Shown one piece after another: positions 38,196 through 48,593 of a stretch of DNA of 64,000 bases. The position numbers were made by a program, and so were the translations under genes. The DNA is from a virus (Duplodnaviria; Caudoviricetes), in IMG/VR virus record IMGVR_UViG_3300033073_001027, positions 1-64,000 of that record; one strand, given 5' to 3'. The first letter of the stretch is position 1. Every line of letters begins with the position of its first letter. The notes beneath the pieces are model-generated. The model was not told the origin of the DNA and ran no database searches. It saw only the letters and a list, made by a program, of their open reading frames with translations.

Positions 38196-39049
38196 TAAAA
38201 TCTCTCCAACAATTCACCATAAATTGTTTCGGATAATTCTACGTGCTTATCATATTTCGCATGCCCAAATCCGCAAACTGGATAACTCTCGGTGGTAAAA
38301 TATTGTGCATTTTTCAAACGTGATTGAAAATTCTCTGCTGTATTAATCATAGTTTCAGAAATATGTCCATCTATTTGCCCCTGCCCATACCAAGGAATCA
38401 ACGCATCCCAAGAAGTGGAAATTGTAAACCACACAATTCTGTTATTGTGCCGCGAGGATAATAGGTCCAAATATTTTAATTCTTGATAATACTTACATAA
38501 CATATTCTTAGGATTCGCATATTGTAAAACATATTCCTCGTAAGATTTCTTATTCGGCCAGTTCCACCATTGAGCATTAAAATGACCATAGATTATATTG
38601 TGTTCTTCGCCAGAATCATCAATCCAAAATTGTCTATTGGGAGCAGGCGCTCCAATTACAACAAGAGATTTATCTGTAATATTACCTGACAGCAAATCTT
38701 CTTCTAATTTGTGTATCGAATATGCCAAACTAGATCCACCAAGACCACGATTAACCCAAGGAACATTAAATTTATCAGACAACCAGCGAGGCCATGCAAA
38801 TTGTTCTTGGTATTCTCGAACTTTCTGTGCCACATGTTTTGGATCAGGGTTGATAAACCAAGCAGGATTACTACAATATTCTGGGGTAAAATATTTTGCA
38901 TAAAAATCACCAGTTCTGTGATTTGTATATTCTCGTTTAATTCTATCTACTTCTTGCTCTGACAACTTGTCTATAACAACATGATCCATCAGTTCCTCAC
39001 CAGAAGTAAAACTGCAACCATATGCAAAAATCTTATCAATTTGTATCAT
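38195..39049 (-). CDS. SGNH/GDSL-fold hydrolase- or acyltransferase-like protein
   Basis: Block I-like FAYGCSFTSG, block II-like NRGLGGSS, C-terminal GHA...H. Confidence 0.6.
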   Translation of the reverse strand: MIQIDKIFAYGCSFTSGEELMDHVVIDKLSEQEVDRIKREYTNHRTGDFYAKYFTPEYCSNPAWFINPDPKHVAQKVREYQEQFAWPRWLSDKFNVPWVNRGLGGSSLAYSIHKLEEDLLSGNITDKSLVVIGAPAPNRQFWIDDSGEEHNIIYGHFNAQWWNWPNKKSYEEYVLQYANPKNMLCKYYQELKYLDLLSSRHNNRIVWFTISTSWDALIPWYGQGQIDGHISETMINTAENFQSRLKNAQYFTTESYPVCGFGHAKYDKHVELSETIYGELLERF

Positions 39050-39058
39050 TAATTCCTC

Positions 39059-40246
39059 TTAAATTAAATTTGCTTCTCGATATGACAGTAGAATATTACC
39101 AAATTCAGGAAAAATATCGAAATAATTCTCGTTTCGATATTGATCGTGCAGTTTTATCTTTCGCATCATACTAAGATAATCTGACGGATTATCAATTTTC
39201 AAAAATTCCACCAACGAAGGAAGTTGTTCGTGTAGAGATTGATTTTTCTGTAATTTTTTTATAACATGTTCTTTTATTTCCATGGGCAAATTTTTCGCCG
39301 ACAATACGTCAGGAACATGCACTAAATTCAAATAGACTCCTATTCCCAAAGAGTTAAATACCTCCAAATACTCTGGGACGTAATATATATTAAGAGAACT
39401 GATAGTCAGGCAAATTTGAACATCATTCGGTCCATATCTTTCAAGGAACCTTTGTAAATTTTCAGACACCTTGCCCCAAGAAGCAGGATGTCGCATATAT
39501 TCAAATTGTTTACCTACTCCATCTATGCTAAACATAAAATCAACACGCATAAATTCGTTCCAGATTTCGTTCATTGCGAATTCAGGAAAAACAGTTCCAT
39601 TGGTATTATAATGGATTCTTTGTTTTTTACTATAACCAGCAGAAATACTTTTTCGTAATAGACTATAATGTTGCTCGTTAATTAGCGGTTCTCCGCCATA
39701 TATTTCAAATAATTCAATTTGCGGAAGAAGCGTCTCGAGATCATTCCAAAACTCAGAATTATATAATGGCCACTGTAATACTTTTCTGTAGTTTCCATCA
39801 GAGGAAAGGTTTGAATAATTTTGTAAAAACCCACCAAGACCAAGATCAATTGTTTCTCGAATCCATTTACTAGAACTTGTTGCCGTACAAGTCCTGCATT
39901 TTAAATTACAAGTATTACCTAACTTGACATCTAAAAATTTCAACTCAGGAGTAGTATGAACGCCCCATCTTTTATTTTCTCTCTGCCTCTTACTTTCTTT
40001 ACCGCATAACTCTTCTTCCCAACAAACACGACAACCACTTGGTTTCTCTCCATTTACCATGGATTCGCGCAACTCTTTAATTGAGTTTGAATTCCAAACT
40101 TCACTTAGAGTGTCAGAAGAAAGAGTAAATAATGAGTTATCGTCTCGCGTATAGAATTGTTGATTCAGACAACAGGGACTAACTAAACCATCTGCTCGAC
40201 TTTCTAAATGTATGAATGGTAGAACACAATAAGAATCACTGGTCAT
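39059..40246 (-). CDS. Radical SAM protein with N-terminal twitch domain (copy 7)
   Basis: CNLKCRTC, GGEPLI, YNTNGT, SIDG; N-terminal CVLPF...PCC...CRVC. Confidence 0.92.
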   Translation of the reverse strand: MTSDSYCVLPFIHLESRADGLVSPCCLNQQFYTRDDNSLFTLSSDTLSEVWNSNSIKELRESMVNGEKPSGCRVCWEEELCGKESKRQRENKRWGVHTTPELKFLDVKLGNTCNLKCRTCTATSSSKWIRETIDLGLGGFLQNYSNLSSDGNYRKVLQWPLYNSEFWNDLETLLPQIELFEIYGGEPLINEQHYSLLRKSISAGYSKKQRIHYNTNGTVFPEFAMNEIWNEFMRVDFMFSIDGVGKQFEYMRHPASWGKVSENLQRFLERYGPNDVQICLTISSLNIYYVPEYLEVFNSLGIGVYLNLVHVPDVLSAKNLPMEIKEHVIKKLQKNQSLHEQLPSLVEFLKIDNPSDYLSMMRKIKLHDQYRNENYFDIFPEFGNILLSYREANLI

Positions 40247-41447
40247 TAAATAAATCCTGGTATTCTGGAAACACTGAAAAGAAATCTTCGTTTCTAATTC
40301 TGTCGATAATTTGAATTTCTTCCAGCAATTCTGGTAATTGATGTGATCTATCTTCTGCCATCATATAATCTTTTAAATGATTAATTTGAGCAATACTGTT
40401 AGTTCTATCTGTCATACTTACATTACCGACCAAATAAGTTTCTTCAATAAATGAATTGAATCTAACCAGAAGTTCTTCTTTGTATTTTGCGGGCAATACC
40501 TGAATACGCATAAACTCTGGAGTTTGTATTGGATTTACCATCCATCCATTATCATCAATAAATCCAGAATTTATACAGTGTCGAATAAAATCTGTTAAAT
40601 CATATGCATTAAAAACGCCAACAGTCGCGCTGATTTTCAACGAAATGTGAGGACATTCTCGTTTGATTGCTCGAATATTATCTTCAATCTCAGACCAGAC
40701 AGTCCCCTTTCGCAAATACTCTCCTCGTTCTAGATAAGAATCTAGACTAGCCCAAACCTCAACAGTATCAAAATGATTCCAATATTCTAATACATTAATA
40801 TTTTTGTAATTCAATTTACTAAGATTAGTATTATATCTAAGGAGAACATTAGTTTTTTTGCGATCGATCAACTCTTGCAATATCATGTAATGTTGTTCCA
40901 TGATAAGAGGTTCTCCTCCTGCAAAATATATTTCTTCAACATAATCAAAATGTGGATATATTTGTTCCCAAAGATCAATCTTTTGCGGAGAAGAAAACCA
41001 ATCTTCACCCACCTTACCGAATCTTATTTTTGAATCAGAATGCCAACCTGAACTTAATTGCGGACCACAAGATCTACACTTAAAGTTACAAATATTACTG
41101 AAACGAAAATCCCAATAATACATTTTAAATTGATCTAACGACCCATCTTCATTTGTCATATTGAACAAATACTGTTTGTCTTTATTATATTCGTTCAATC
41201 TTGTTCGATTGCTGTTGCCCGAATGCTTTTCTTGTAAATAACAACGAGAACAGATCTCAGATTTTTCTCCGTTTAACATTTTTTTACGAAGAGTTTTCAT
41301 TTGGTCATTATTCCATATCTCTTCTAATGTGGAATCTGCGAGATTCCCAACATCAAGATGATGTGATGTCATACAACAAGGTAAAACCTTATTGTTTGGC
41401 AACGTATGTAAATGAATCCAAGGAGAAATACAAAGAGTATCAGACAT
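40236..41447 (-). CDS. Radical SAM protein with N-terminal twitch domain (copy 6)
   Basis: CNFKCRSC, AGGEPLI, YNTNL; start reassigned to MSDTLCISPW. Confidence 0.92.
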   Translation of the reverse strand: MSDTLCISPWIHLHTLPNNKVLPCCMTSHHLDVGNLADSTLEEIWNNDQMKTLRKKMLNGEKSEICSRCYLQEKHSGNSNRTRLNEYNKDKQYLFNMTNEDGSLDQFKMYYWDFRFSNICNFKCRSCGPQLSSGWHSDSKIRFGKVGEDWFSSPQKIDLWEQIYPHFDYVEEIYFAGGEPLIMEQHYMILQELIDRKKTNVLLRYNTNLSKLNYKNINVLEYWNHFDTVEVWASLDSYLERGEYLRKGTVWSEIEDNIRAIKRECPHISLKISATVGVFNAYDLTDFIRHCINSGFIDDNGWMVNPIQTPEFMRIQVLPAKYKEELLVRFNSFIEETYLVGNVSMTDRTNSIAQINHLKDYMMAEDRSHQLPELLEEIQIIDRIRNEDFFSVFPEYQDLFNDQ

Positions 41448-42642
41448 AGCGGGATAGTTCCTCGAACCACTCAGGAAATGTTTGTTGGAAATCTTCATTG
41501 CGCAAATTGTCAAGTTTTTTTGTAATATCACTAAATTCAGAAAGTAAATTCTGATCTTTATTCATTGTCAAAAAATTAGTTACTGTTTGCTCTACTCGTT
41601 TGCCTTGAACTCGGGAGATAATTATATCCTTCAATGTTCTTGGTAAAATTCTGGGATCATAATATGCAGGATCGGTGACAAAATTTATAGAAATATTATT
41701 TGTATACTTGCTGAAATAGTCTTCAAACTCAGATAGGTAAAAAATATTAAAAATAGAAACTGTTTGTAGGACACTATAACTCAAGTTGCTATGCGTTTCA
41801 CACAAATTACGAATCCAGTCAAACGTTTCCATTACTGTATTCCATTTAGAAGGCCAACGGATATACTTATTTCGATCATACAAGTCATCAATAGAGAGCA
41901 TAAATTGCACTCTTTTAAATTTTTTCCAAACATCATTATATTCTGTATTGATAATAGTAGTATTGGTAGAATAAATTATTTCGATGTGTTCAGAATCACC
42001 AGATTGAACTAACGACTCTAGAAAATGTTTATGTTTGTCTATCAACAAAGGTTCACCACCATTGATATACAGTAACCTTAATGATTTTCTATGCACAAAC
42101 AATTTATCCCAAAACTCAGAATCCAAACACCAATTAAACTTGTTTTTATCTATGTTGGTAGGAGAGAATCCATGAATTGCTTCAAATGCGGGAAACCATC
42201 TACTGCTAGAATAAATGTTACAAGATCTACAAGCAAGATTGCAATGATTGCCCAATCTTAATTCCACCATCTCATAATTTACATCGACGCTTCCGTCCGC
42301 AGAGGTATCTTTTATTGCGTCATCATAAGAGTATTCGAGTCTTTCCAATTCAAATTGCCGTTTACTTGTAATTCCAACACGTTCTTTATCGAAACACCGA
42401 CTGCACTGCACAGGTTCCTGCCCCGCCAACATTTCCAAGCGGACTTTTTTAAAAGATTCGCTATTCTGAATTGGTTTAAAATCGTATTGCGTATTGTTTA
42501 ACGTTCTATATTCAGGTTTCTCGAATTTATCAAATGCTTCTGACATTCTAGAATCGTGTCTTGCCTCACAACACAATGTAACTGAACCATGTGGATGCGT
42601 TGCAAGATGATTCCAGGGTAATGGACAAAATGTTTTACTCAT
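41440..42642 (-). CDS. Radical SAM protein with N-terminal twitch domain (copy 5)
   Basis: CNLACRSC, NGGEPLL; N-terminal CPLPW...LCC...CSRC. Confidence 0.92.
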   Translation of the reverse strand: MSKTFCPLPWNHLATHPHGSVTLCCEARHDSRMSEAFDKFEKPEYRTLNNTQYDFKPIQNSESFKKVRLEMLAGQEPVQCSRCFDKERVGITSKRQFELERLEYSYDDAIKDTSADGSVDVNYEMVELRLGNHCNLACRSCNIYSSSRWFPAFEAIHGFSPTNIDKNKFNWCLDSEFWDKLFVHRKSLRLLYINGGEPLLIDKHKHFLESLVQSGDSEHIEIIYSTNTTIINTEYNDVWKKFKRVQFMLSIDDLYDRNKYIRWPSKWNTVMETFDWIRNLCETHSNLSYSVLQTVSIFNIFYLSEFEDYFSKYTNNISINFVTDPAYYDPRILPRTLKDIIISRVQGKRVEQTVTNFLTMNKDQNLLSEFSDITKKLDNLRNEDFQQTFPEWFEELSRYV

Positions 42643-42648
42643 AAGTTT

Positions 42649-43965
42649 TTACTCATTAATAGAATCCCACCATACCTTAGCGTTGTCGGTCAAGCACTCT
42701 CGGAATGTTATATCCTGAGTTCGCAATCTCTCTGTTGTTAATATGTTTTTTTTACCCTTTGATGCTGCTTGCCAATATTGTTCAGTCCATTCTTCCTGGA
42801 AAGTTTTTCTATTTAACAATTCTAACAACGTATGTTTATATATCATTGTTTTGTGCGTTAACTTCGGTTCAATGTATTGCAGAATATCGTGAATAATTTC
42901 TTCCAATATTTGTCGAGGTAGACACATTGGAGACATAAGAACAGAAGGGTCGAAGGCAAAGGTTACTTTTAAGTAAGTTTTAACGTCCAACTCGGTAACA
43001 ACATCAAACAACTCTTTTAGATGAATCAATCCAGGAGTTGTTAACGTGACATCGAATACTATAGCATCGTCATTGTATAGATCAAGAAGAAACATTCCTT
43101 CTTTAAAATTATGCAACCACTTATCCCAGTCTAATCCTGTTCTGATATACTCTCCGACAGTTCCAACGCCATCTATGCTCGCACAGATATTTACATTCTT
43201 AAAATGCGGCAAGTATTCATATAGATTATGTTCTTTGTAGGATATTCTACTTAGATTGGTATTATATCGAACAACCACATCCTTACTTTTACCAGTATCA
43301 ACCAGTTGTTTCATTATCGACCAATGTCGTTCCCACATCAAGGGTTCACCGCCAACCCAATAGATTTCTTCGATGATTCCAGAATCAACTGCAGATTGTA
43401 ATTCTGTTTCTAGGACTTCCTTTTGGAAATTTCTAATTTTTTCTCTGTTTGCAGGTTGCAACCAAGGATTGCCAGCGTAATCCACTAGATCGTTCTTTAC
43501 TTTCTCAGTTTCCCAAGAAGAACTTAATTGCTCACCGCACATTCGACATTTAAAATTGCAAAGATTAGATATTCTATAGTCATAGGAAACAGGAGATAAG
43601 GTCGTATATCCTGTTTCGTCTGTAGATTCTAAAATCTCATCTATCTTGTGCGGAAATAAAGTTTCTGTAAAGTATTTTTTATATGTGTGCAGATTTAATA
43701 TTTGATTATTACAAACATCGCATTGTGAAATTTTCTCACCAGAAAGAATTCGCTTTCGAATATCTTTCATATACTCGCTGTTCCAGTGTTCTTCCAGACT
43801 CTTCGGCGAAAACTCTTGCACTTGTTCTCCCCCAGGAGCATCAATATACTGCCTCTGGAATTCAGGAGTCTCTCTGCTTGCACAGCAAAGTCTGCGCTCC
43901 CCCTGCGGACTGACGAATGTGTGAGTCCAAGGGGCAACGCAGAAGTATTCTGAAACTTTAGTCAT
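42649..43965 (-). CDS. Radical SAM protein with N-terminal twitch domain (copy 4)
   Basis: CNFKCRMC, VGGEPLM; N-terminal CVAPW...LCC...CDVC. Confidence 0.92.
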   Translation of the reverse strand: MTKVSEYFCVAPWTHTFVSPQGERRLCCASRETPEFQRQYIDAPGGEQVQEFSPKSLEEHWNSEYMKDIRKRILSGEKISQCDVCNNQILNLHTYKKYFTETLFPHKIDEILESTDETGYTTLSPVSYDYRISNLCNFKCRMCGEQLSSSWETEKVKNDLVDYAGNPWLQPANREKIRNFQKEVLETELQSAVDSGIIEEIYWVGGEPLMWERHWSIMKQLVDTGKSKDVVVRYNTNLSRISYKEHNLYEYLPHFKNVNICASIDGVGTVGEYIRTGLDWDKWLHNFKEGMFLLDLYNDDAIVFDVTLTTPGLIHLKELFDVVTELDVKTYLKVTFAFDPSVLMSPMCLPRQILEEIIHDILQYIEPKLTHKTMIYKHTLLELLNRKTFQEEWTEQYWQAASKGKKNILTTERLRTQDITFRECLTDNAKVWWDSINE

Positions 43966-45475
43966 ACTTTGCTAAAGGTTCGTCGATATTTTTACTATCT
44001 GGATTCAGAATCCAACCTTCTTCTTTAGCGATACGAAGCAAGTCTTCATCGTCTAGATACTGAACAGTGCTATCACCATTGATCAGTTCTGTTCTCTTAT
44101 TCAAACGTGTATCAGGAATTGTCTCATACCACTCTCGCAAAATATTTGGGAATGTATCAAGCAAGTTTTTTTCTCTGCGCTGATCATATTGACTGTAGAA
44201 AGTTTTAAAGTCTCTCCACAGAGTCATCTTGTTACTCGTTCTACGATGTGGCGCATCAACAATTTCAAGATAATCAATCAGACGTTCAATACTGGCACGT
44301 TCAAATGAATGCCACAATGGTCTATCCTTCGCGATGTTCCACCAGTCCTGTAGTTTCTCTCTACAATAATTCTTCAAGTGATCTGGTAGGGCGAGAGGAC
44401 TCTGGAAACTCGGAAACCGCAGGATGTTCAGACTCAACGAAGGGTCTTTACATTGACTTATTTCCTTGATGTTATACATATCCTCCATAAACTCAGTTAT
44501 GTTAAACAAACATAGACTGTTAATAGTCATCATGATGTGGACCTGTTTTACATCAGGAGAAAACACCAGACGCTCGATATTCTTGCGCCAAGTCTTCCAC
44601 TCAAACCCGTCGCGAATGTATTCTGCATGCGCATGAGTCGTTTCGCAACTTGTATAGACATGAAATTCCTTGATAGACTTCGCCTTCTCAAGAAGTTTAT
44701 CGATGATGGCATCTTTAGCAATAAGGTTGCTATTGACAGCAAAACGCATATTGTTATCTGGGTTTTCTTCGAACCAGTCAAAGAGTTTCCAAGTTTCAGG
44801 ACTCATTAGCGGTTCGCCGCCTGTAATTCTAAGTTCTTCTAGACTGCCAGACAGTCCACTGTTCCACCACTTCCAAAAAGCAGTGATGTATGGATTTTCC
44901 TCATCTCTGGAAAATGGTTCAGTCCAAGATCCATCTTGTTCGAAGGCACCTGCGCCATCAGAAACTAGATTCTGATACGGTCCATTGTTTTTAATGTCTC
45001 GTGCCCAAGAAGTGGAGAAACTTGCATTACAATATGAGCATGCTAAATTGCAAGTTCGATCGAATGCAATCTCAAATGTTTTCAGATTAACGTCATCTTT
45101 CCAATTCATTTCTTGAATGACTTTGAGTTCTTCATCGGTATAGATCACTGACTTGAATACTCTATCGCTAACAGCATCAACACCCATATCTTCTATACGC
45201 CAGCAGTATTCACACTCACGAGGTCTGTCACCCTCTTGCATCATTTTACGCATTGCCTTTTTGTGCATGGTATTATGAATCGCTGTAGGATTATTTTCGA
45301 TTTCCTCGAGAGGAATTTTATGTGCTGGCGGGTGATGACAACTGGCAGTAGTTCCACTACCTAACCAAGTAGTCGCATTAAACCACTTCGCGCCACAGAA
45401 ACTCTTAGACTTAGTATCAAGAACTCTTTTTCGATAATCAATTAGAGTTTCATCACCTTGCGGACCTTTGCTCAT
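43958..45475 (-). CDS. Radical SAM protein with N-terminal twitch domain, CHH subtype (copy 3)
   Basis: CNLACSYC, TGGEPLM; N-terminal CGAKW...SCHHP...CEYCW. Start at the ATGA overlap. Confidence 0.92.
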   Translation of the reverse strand: MSKGPQGDETLIDYRKRVLDTKSKSFCGAKWFNATTWLGSGTTASCHHPPAHKIPLEEIENNPTAIHNTMHKKAMRKMMQEGDRPRECEYCWRIEDMGVDAVSDRVFKSVIYTDEELKVIQEMNWKDDVNLKTFEIAFDRTCNLACSYCNASFSTSWARDIKNNGPYQNLVSDGAGAFEQDGSWTEPFSRDEENPYITAFWKWWNSGLSGSLEELRITGGEPLMSPETWKLFDWFEENPDNNMRFAVNSNLIAKDAIIDKLLEKAKSIKEFHVYTSCETTHAHAEYIRDGFEWKTWRKNIERLVFSPDVKQVHIMMTINSLCLFNITEFMEDMYNIKEISQCKDPSLSLNILRFPSFQSPLALPDHLKNYCREKLQDWWNIAKDRPLWHSFERASIERLIDYLEIVDAPHRRTSNKMTLWRDFKTFYSQYDQRREKNLLDTFPNILREWYETIPDTRLNKRTELINGDSTVQYLDDEDLLRIAKEEGWILNPDSKNIDEPLAKYD

Positions 45476-46857
45476 TTCCACTCCTCAATTAAATGTGTAT
45501 ATTCGGGGAAAGTTTCTGCGAAGTTCTTTCCTCTGCGCTTATCGTATTCATTGACAAACTTAACGAAATCTGCTCTATACTTGTCTTGTGTTGGTTCAGT
45601 TCGCAGATAATCACAGAACCTTTGTATTTGATCGAACTCTTCCAGATATAATCTGGCATGGTGAGAAGGAGAATGATATTTTAACCATCCTCTGCAATAT
45701 TCTTCAATTTGATCGGCGTACATATCTCGTGTTGCTTTATCGAGCATAGTTGCCTGAAGGTGAACAGGATATCGCAAGTAATTAACACTAAGAGGAATCA
45801 TATTCTCTTCAGTAAACTTGTTGAAGAATACTCTGAGTTCCATCAATTCTTCAATAAACTTAGTAAATGTTGGAAGACTGAGAATATTGATTGTTGTCAT
45901 AATAGTCACTCTGGACTTGGTCATGTTCAGAATTTTTTGAACATTATTATGCCAATCTCTATAATTTAAACCATCTCTAGCATATTCTGCCTGTTTACCA
46001 TAACTTTCTATACTGGTATAGATGTCGATCTGCTTCACACTATATTCGAGATCATTAATATCTGCAATCAATCTGTCAATCAATTCAGGAGAAGAACCCA
46101 AGTTAGTATTAACTGCCAGTTCTAAGTTTGGTTGTGGATTCTTCTTGATCATCTCCATAGTCTGCCAGAAATCCTTACTCATGGTCGGTTCTCCGCCAGT
46201 CATGCGGAACACCCTAAGATACTTCAATGCTTCTGGAAACCAAATTTTAAATGCTTCGGAGTAAGGATTGTGTTCACTGTTTTTATATGGAAACCGTCCT
46301 GCTTCCTTCAACCAATCAAGATGATGTGCACTAAACGTCGTTGGATATGGACCATTCTGCTTAATATCTTCCATCCATTTGCTAGAAATTTCAGGAGAAC
46401 AATACGCACAAGCAAAATTGCAAGCATTAGAAAATGAAACTTCTAGATATGTAGGATACACGTTTTGATCCCACGGATGAGAAGATAATTCTTCTACCTT
46501 ATCAAACGACCAATGTTCTGCTGTTTTGTAATGTCGATCCGAAAAATAGTCTTTACCGAGATCTTCAATTTTCCAACAGTATTCACACTCGCGAGGTCTT
46601 TGCCCCTCTAACATAAGTTGACGTTGTTTTTTCTTGTGTTCGCTGTTGTGCAGAGACGAAACATCATTTTCAATCTCTGACAGGGGAATTTTATGCGGCG
46701 ATGGATGGTGGCAAGAATGATTGAATCCATTTTGCAAATACAATGTAGTTTGTAACCATTTTGCGGCGCAAAATGTAGGGCTGATTGTATTCATCACATC
46801 GCGTTTGCGCTTCAGTTCTTCAATTCTTGCTTCATTTGTTCCAGTATTAACGTTCAT
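45472..46857 (-). CDS. Radical SAM protein with N-terminal twitch domain, CHH subtype (copy 2)
   Basis: CNFACAYC, TGGEPTM; N-terminal CAAKW...SCHHP...CEYCW. Confidence 0.92.
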   Translation of the reverse strand: MNVNTGTNEARIEELKRKRDVMNTISPTFCAAKWLQTTLYLQNGFNHSCHHPSPHKIPLSEIENDVSSLHNSEHKKKQRQLMLEGQRPRECEYCWKIEDLGKDYFSDRHYKTAEHWSFDKVEELSSHPWDQNVYPTYLEVSFSNACNFACAYCSPEISSKWMEDIKQNGPYPTTFSAHHLDWLKEAGRFPYKNSEHNPYSEAFKIWFPEALKYLRVFRMTGGEPTMSKDFWQTMEMIKKNPQPNLELAVNTNLGSSPELIDRLIADINDLEYSVKQIDIYTSIESYGKQAEYARDGLNYRDWHNNVQKILNMTKSRVTIMTTINILSLPTFTKFIEELMELRVFFNKFTEENMIPLSVNYLRYPVHLQATMLDKATRDMYADQIEEYCRGWLKYHSPSHHARLYLEEFDQIQRFCDYLRTEPTQDKYRADFVKFVNEYDKRRGKNFAETFPEYTHLIEEWK

Positions 46858-48170
46858 AATGTTTTACACCACTCTAAAAATTCTTTAAATTCAGGAAATG
46901 TCTCTATCAAATTAGTTCCACTGCGAAGATCGTACTCGGGAAAGAACTTGGCAAATTCTTTACGAGCACGCAGACGGTATTCTTCTGTGACTGCATGTGA
47001 GTCTTGATAAAAATATTCACGAACTCGTTCCATTTTACCGATTTCTATTTTACTGAATCCATTATGATTCATAAACTCAACATCTCGATCTATATATACT
47101 CCGAACTCTCTCGGTAGAATATTCATTGTCCAGTGTGGAGGTTCTTTAAGATGTGGGATGTCAATCAGAATACGTTCACCCCATTTTGCTCTAAGTTCTA
47201 CAATCAACTGTAGGAAGTCTTTAAAGTATGGAACAGTCAGAACATTATACGTTGTCATAAAACTCAGATACGCTGTTGGCACCGTTTCTAGAACAGTATT
47301 TACGTTCTCGAGAAACAGTTCGTAGTTTAGACCACGACGAATATACTCTGCTTGCTTACCTGTGCATTCGAGACTCGTAAACAATCGCAAATTCTTGATG
47401 TGCTTTGCTTCAATCAAACCCTGCACACGTTCGCAAAAATCTTTAACTTTACGAGTTGTAACACCAAGGTTGGTATTGATCTGTAAAAATAATTCTGGGT
47501 TACCATCTTCCTTTAACATATCCAGCAACTTAAATGTGTTTGTTGTCATCAGAGGTTCGCCACCAGTGATGCGGAAGATCTTCAAATCGTTCTTCAGATC
47601 AGGCCACCATTTCCAAAATGCTTCGACGTATGGATTGTATTCTTTTTCAGAATAAATTTTGCCATGCACACCATATGGACTATTTGAAATATCATAATCC
47701 CCAAATTGAGATATTTCCTCCTGCCACATCGAAGAAAACGTAGAACAACAATATCCGCACTTGAAGTTACAAGCATTGCTGAAACTAATTTCCATGTTAT
47801 AAGGATTTACGTCTTGATCCCATGGAGTATTGCGAAGTAGTTCCGTCTCTTCGTCTAACACAAATAGATTATTAATGCTGTCCGTATTTTTATATACTCG
47901 GTCGCTAGTTTTATCTAAATCTTCTATGCTCCAGCAATATGAACATTCACTAGGTCTGCCACCTTCAAGCATATTTTTACGCTGTTGTTTTTCATGAGAT
48001 GTATTGTGGAGGGCAGAAGGATTACTTTTAATTTCCTCCTGTGGGATATATAGAGGAGGTGGATGATGACAACTGTGTTTCTCCCCAGAGTGAAGATAAA
48101 GCGCAAGCCATCTCCACTTCTGGGGGCAAAACCCAGCACCAACAGAATCCAGTTTTTCTTTTACATTCAA
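46854..48170 (-). CDS. Radical SAM protein with N-terminal twitch domain, CHH subtype (copy 1)
   Basis: CNFKCGYC, TGGEPLM; N-terminal CPQKW...SCHHP...CSYCW. Confidence 0.92.
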   Translation of the reverse strand: MNVKEKLDSVGAGFCPQKWRWLALYLHSGEKHSCHHPPPLYIPQEEIKSNPSALHNTSHEKQQRKNMLEGGRPSECSYCWSIEDLDKTSDRVYKNTDSINNLFVLDEETELLRNTPWDQDVNPYNMEISFSNACNFKCGYCCSTFSSMWQEEISQFGDYDISNSPYGVHGKIYSEKEYNPYVEAFWKWWPDLKNDLKIFRITGGEPLMTTNTFKLLDMLKEDGNPELFLQINTNLGVTTRKVKDFCERVQGLIEAKHIKNLRLFTSLECTGKQAEYIRRGLNYELFLENVNTVLETVPTAYLSFMTTYNVLTVPYFKDFLQLIVELRAKWGERILIDIPHLKEPPHWTMNILPREFGVYIDRDVEFMNHNGFSKIEIGKMERVREYFYQDSHAVTEEYRLRARKEFAKFFPEYDLRSGTNLIETFPEFKEFLEWCKTL

Positions 48171-48562
48171 CCTCTGCGCATCCTTGCTACCTCATGTGCC
48201 TGTTCTTCGCTGATAATAGGAACAGCATTGCTCTTGTGCATTGTGGCGATACCCTTGATAAGAGTGCCAGTGTATGTGTTCTCTTTGCGAGCAAAGGTGA
48301 CACCAACACCTTCCTCTGATTTATAACGTTCGCGATGGTCGGACTTGTATGGTTCAGGTGCCTTGGTACCACGAAGTTTCGGATTATATTTACCCTGACG
48401 ATATGCGACATACTCGTCGAATGTCTTGGTCTTGCAACCGAGACGCTTCATTTGCTTGTTGTGATCTGCCCAGTCTTGAGCATACTTCGCAGTCGGAACT
48501 TTCGACTTACGATGCTTAGTATTCGTAGTGGTATACGCATGAGACATAAGGTGCATAGTCAT
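48167..48562 (-). CDS. Conserved hypothetical phage protein (basic)
   Basis: C-terminal YTGTLIKGIATMHKSNAVPI motif seen in T4-like phages; AGGAG RBS. Confidence 0.75.
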   Translation of the reverse strand: MTMHLMSHAYTTTNTKHRKSKVPTAKYAQDWADHNKQMKRLGCKTKTFDEYVAYRQGKYNPKLRGTKAPEPYKSDHRERYKSEEGVGVTFARKENTYTGTLIKGIATMHKSNAVPIISEEQAHEVARMRRG

Positions 48563-48593
48563 AACAAACTCCTATTTCAAAGTCAACATACTT

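Noticed and set aside
37086-48170. Anaerobic sulfatase maturase, MoaA, NrdG or QueE assignments for the radical SAM genes
   Set aside because: The domain order (N-terminal Cys-rich domain) and gene context differ, and no cognate sulfatase, molybdopterin, NrdD or queuosine genes are in the window.
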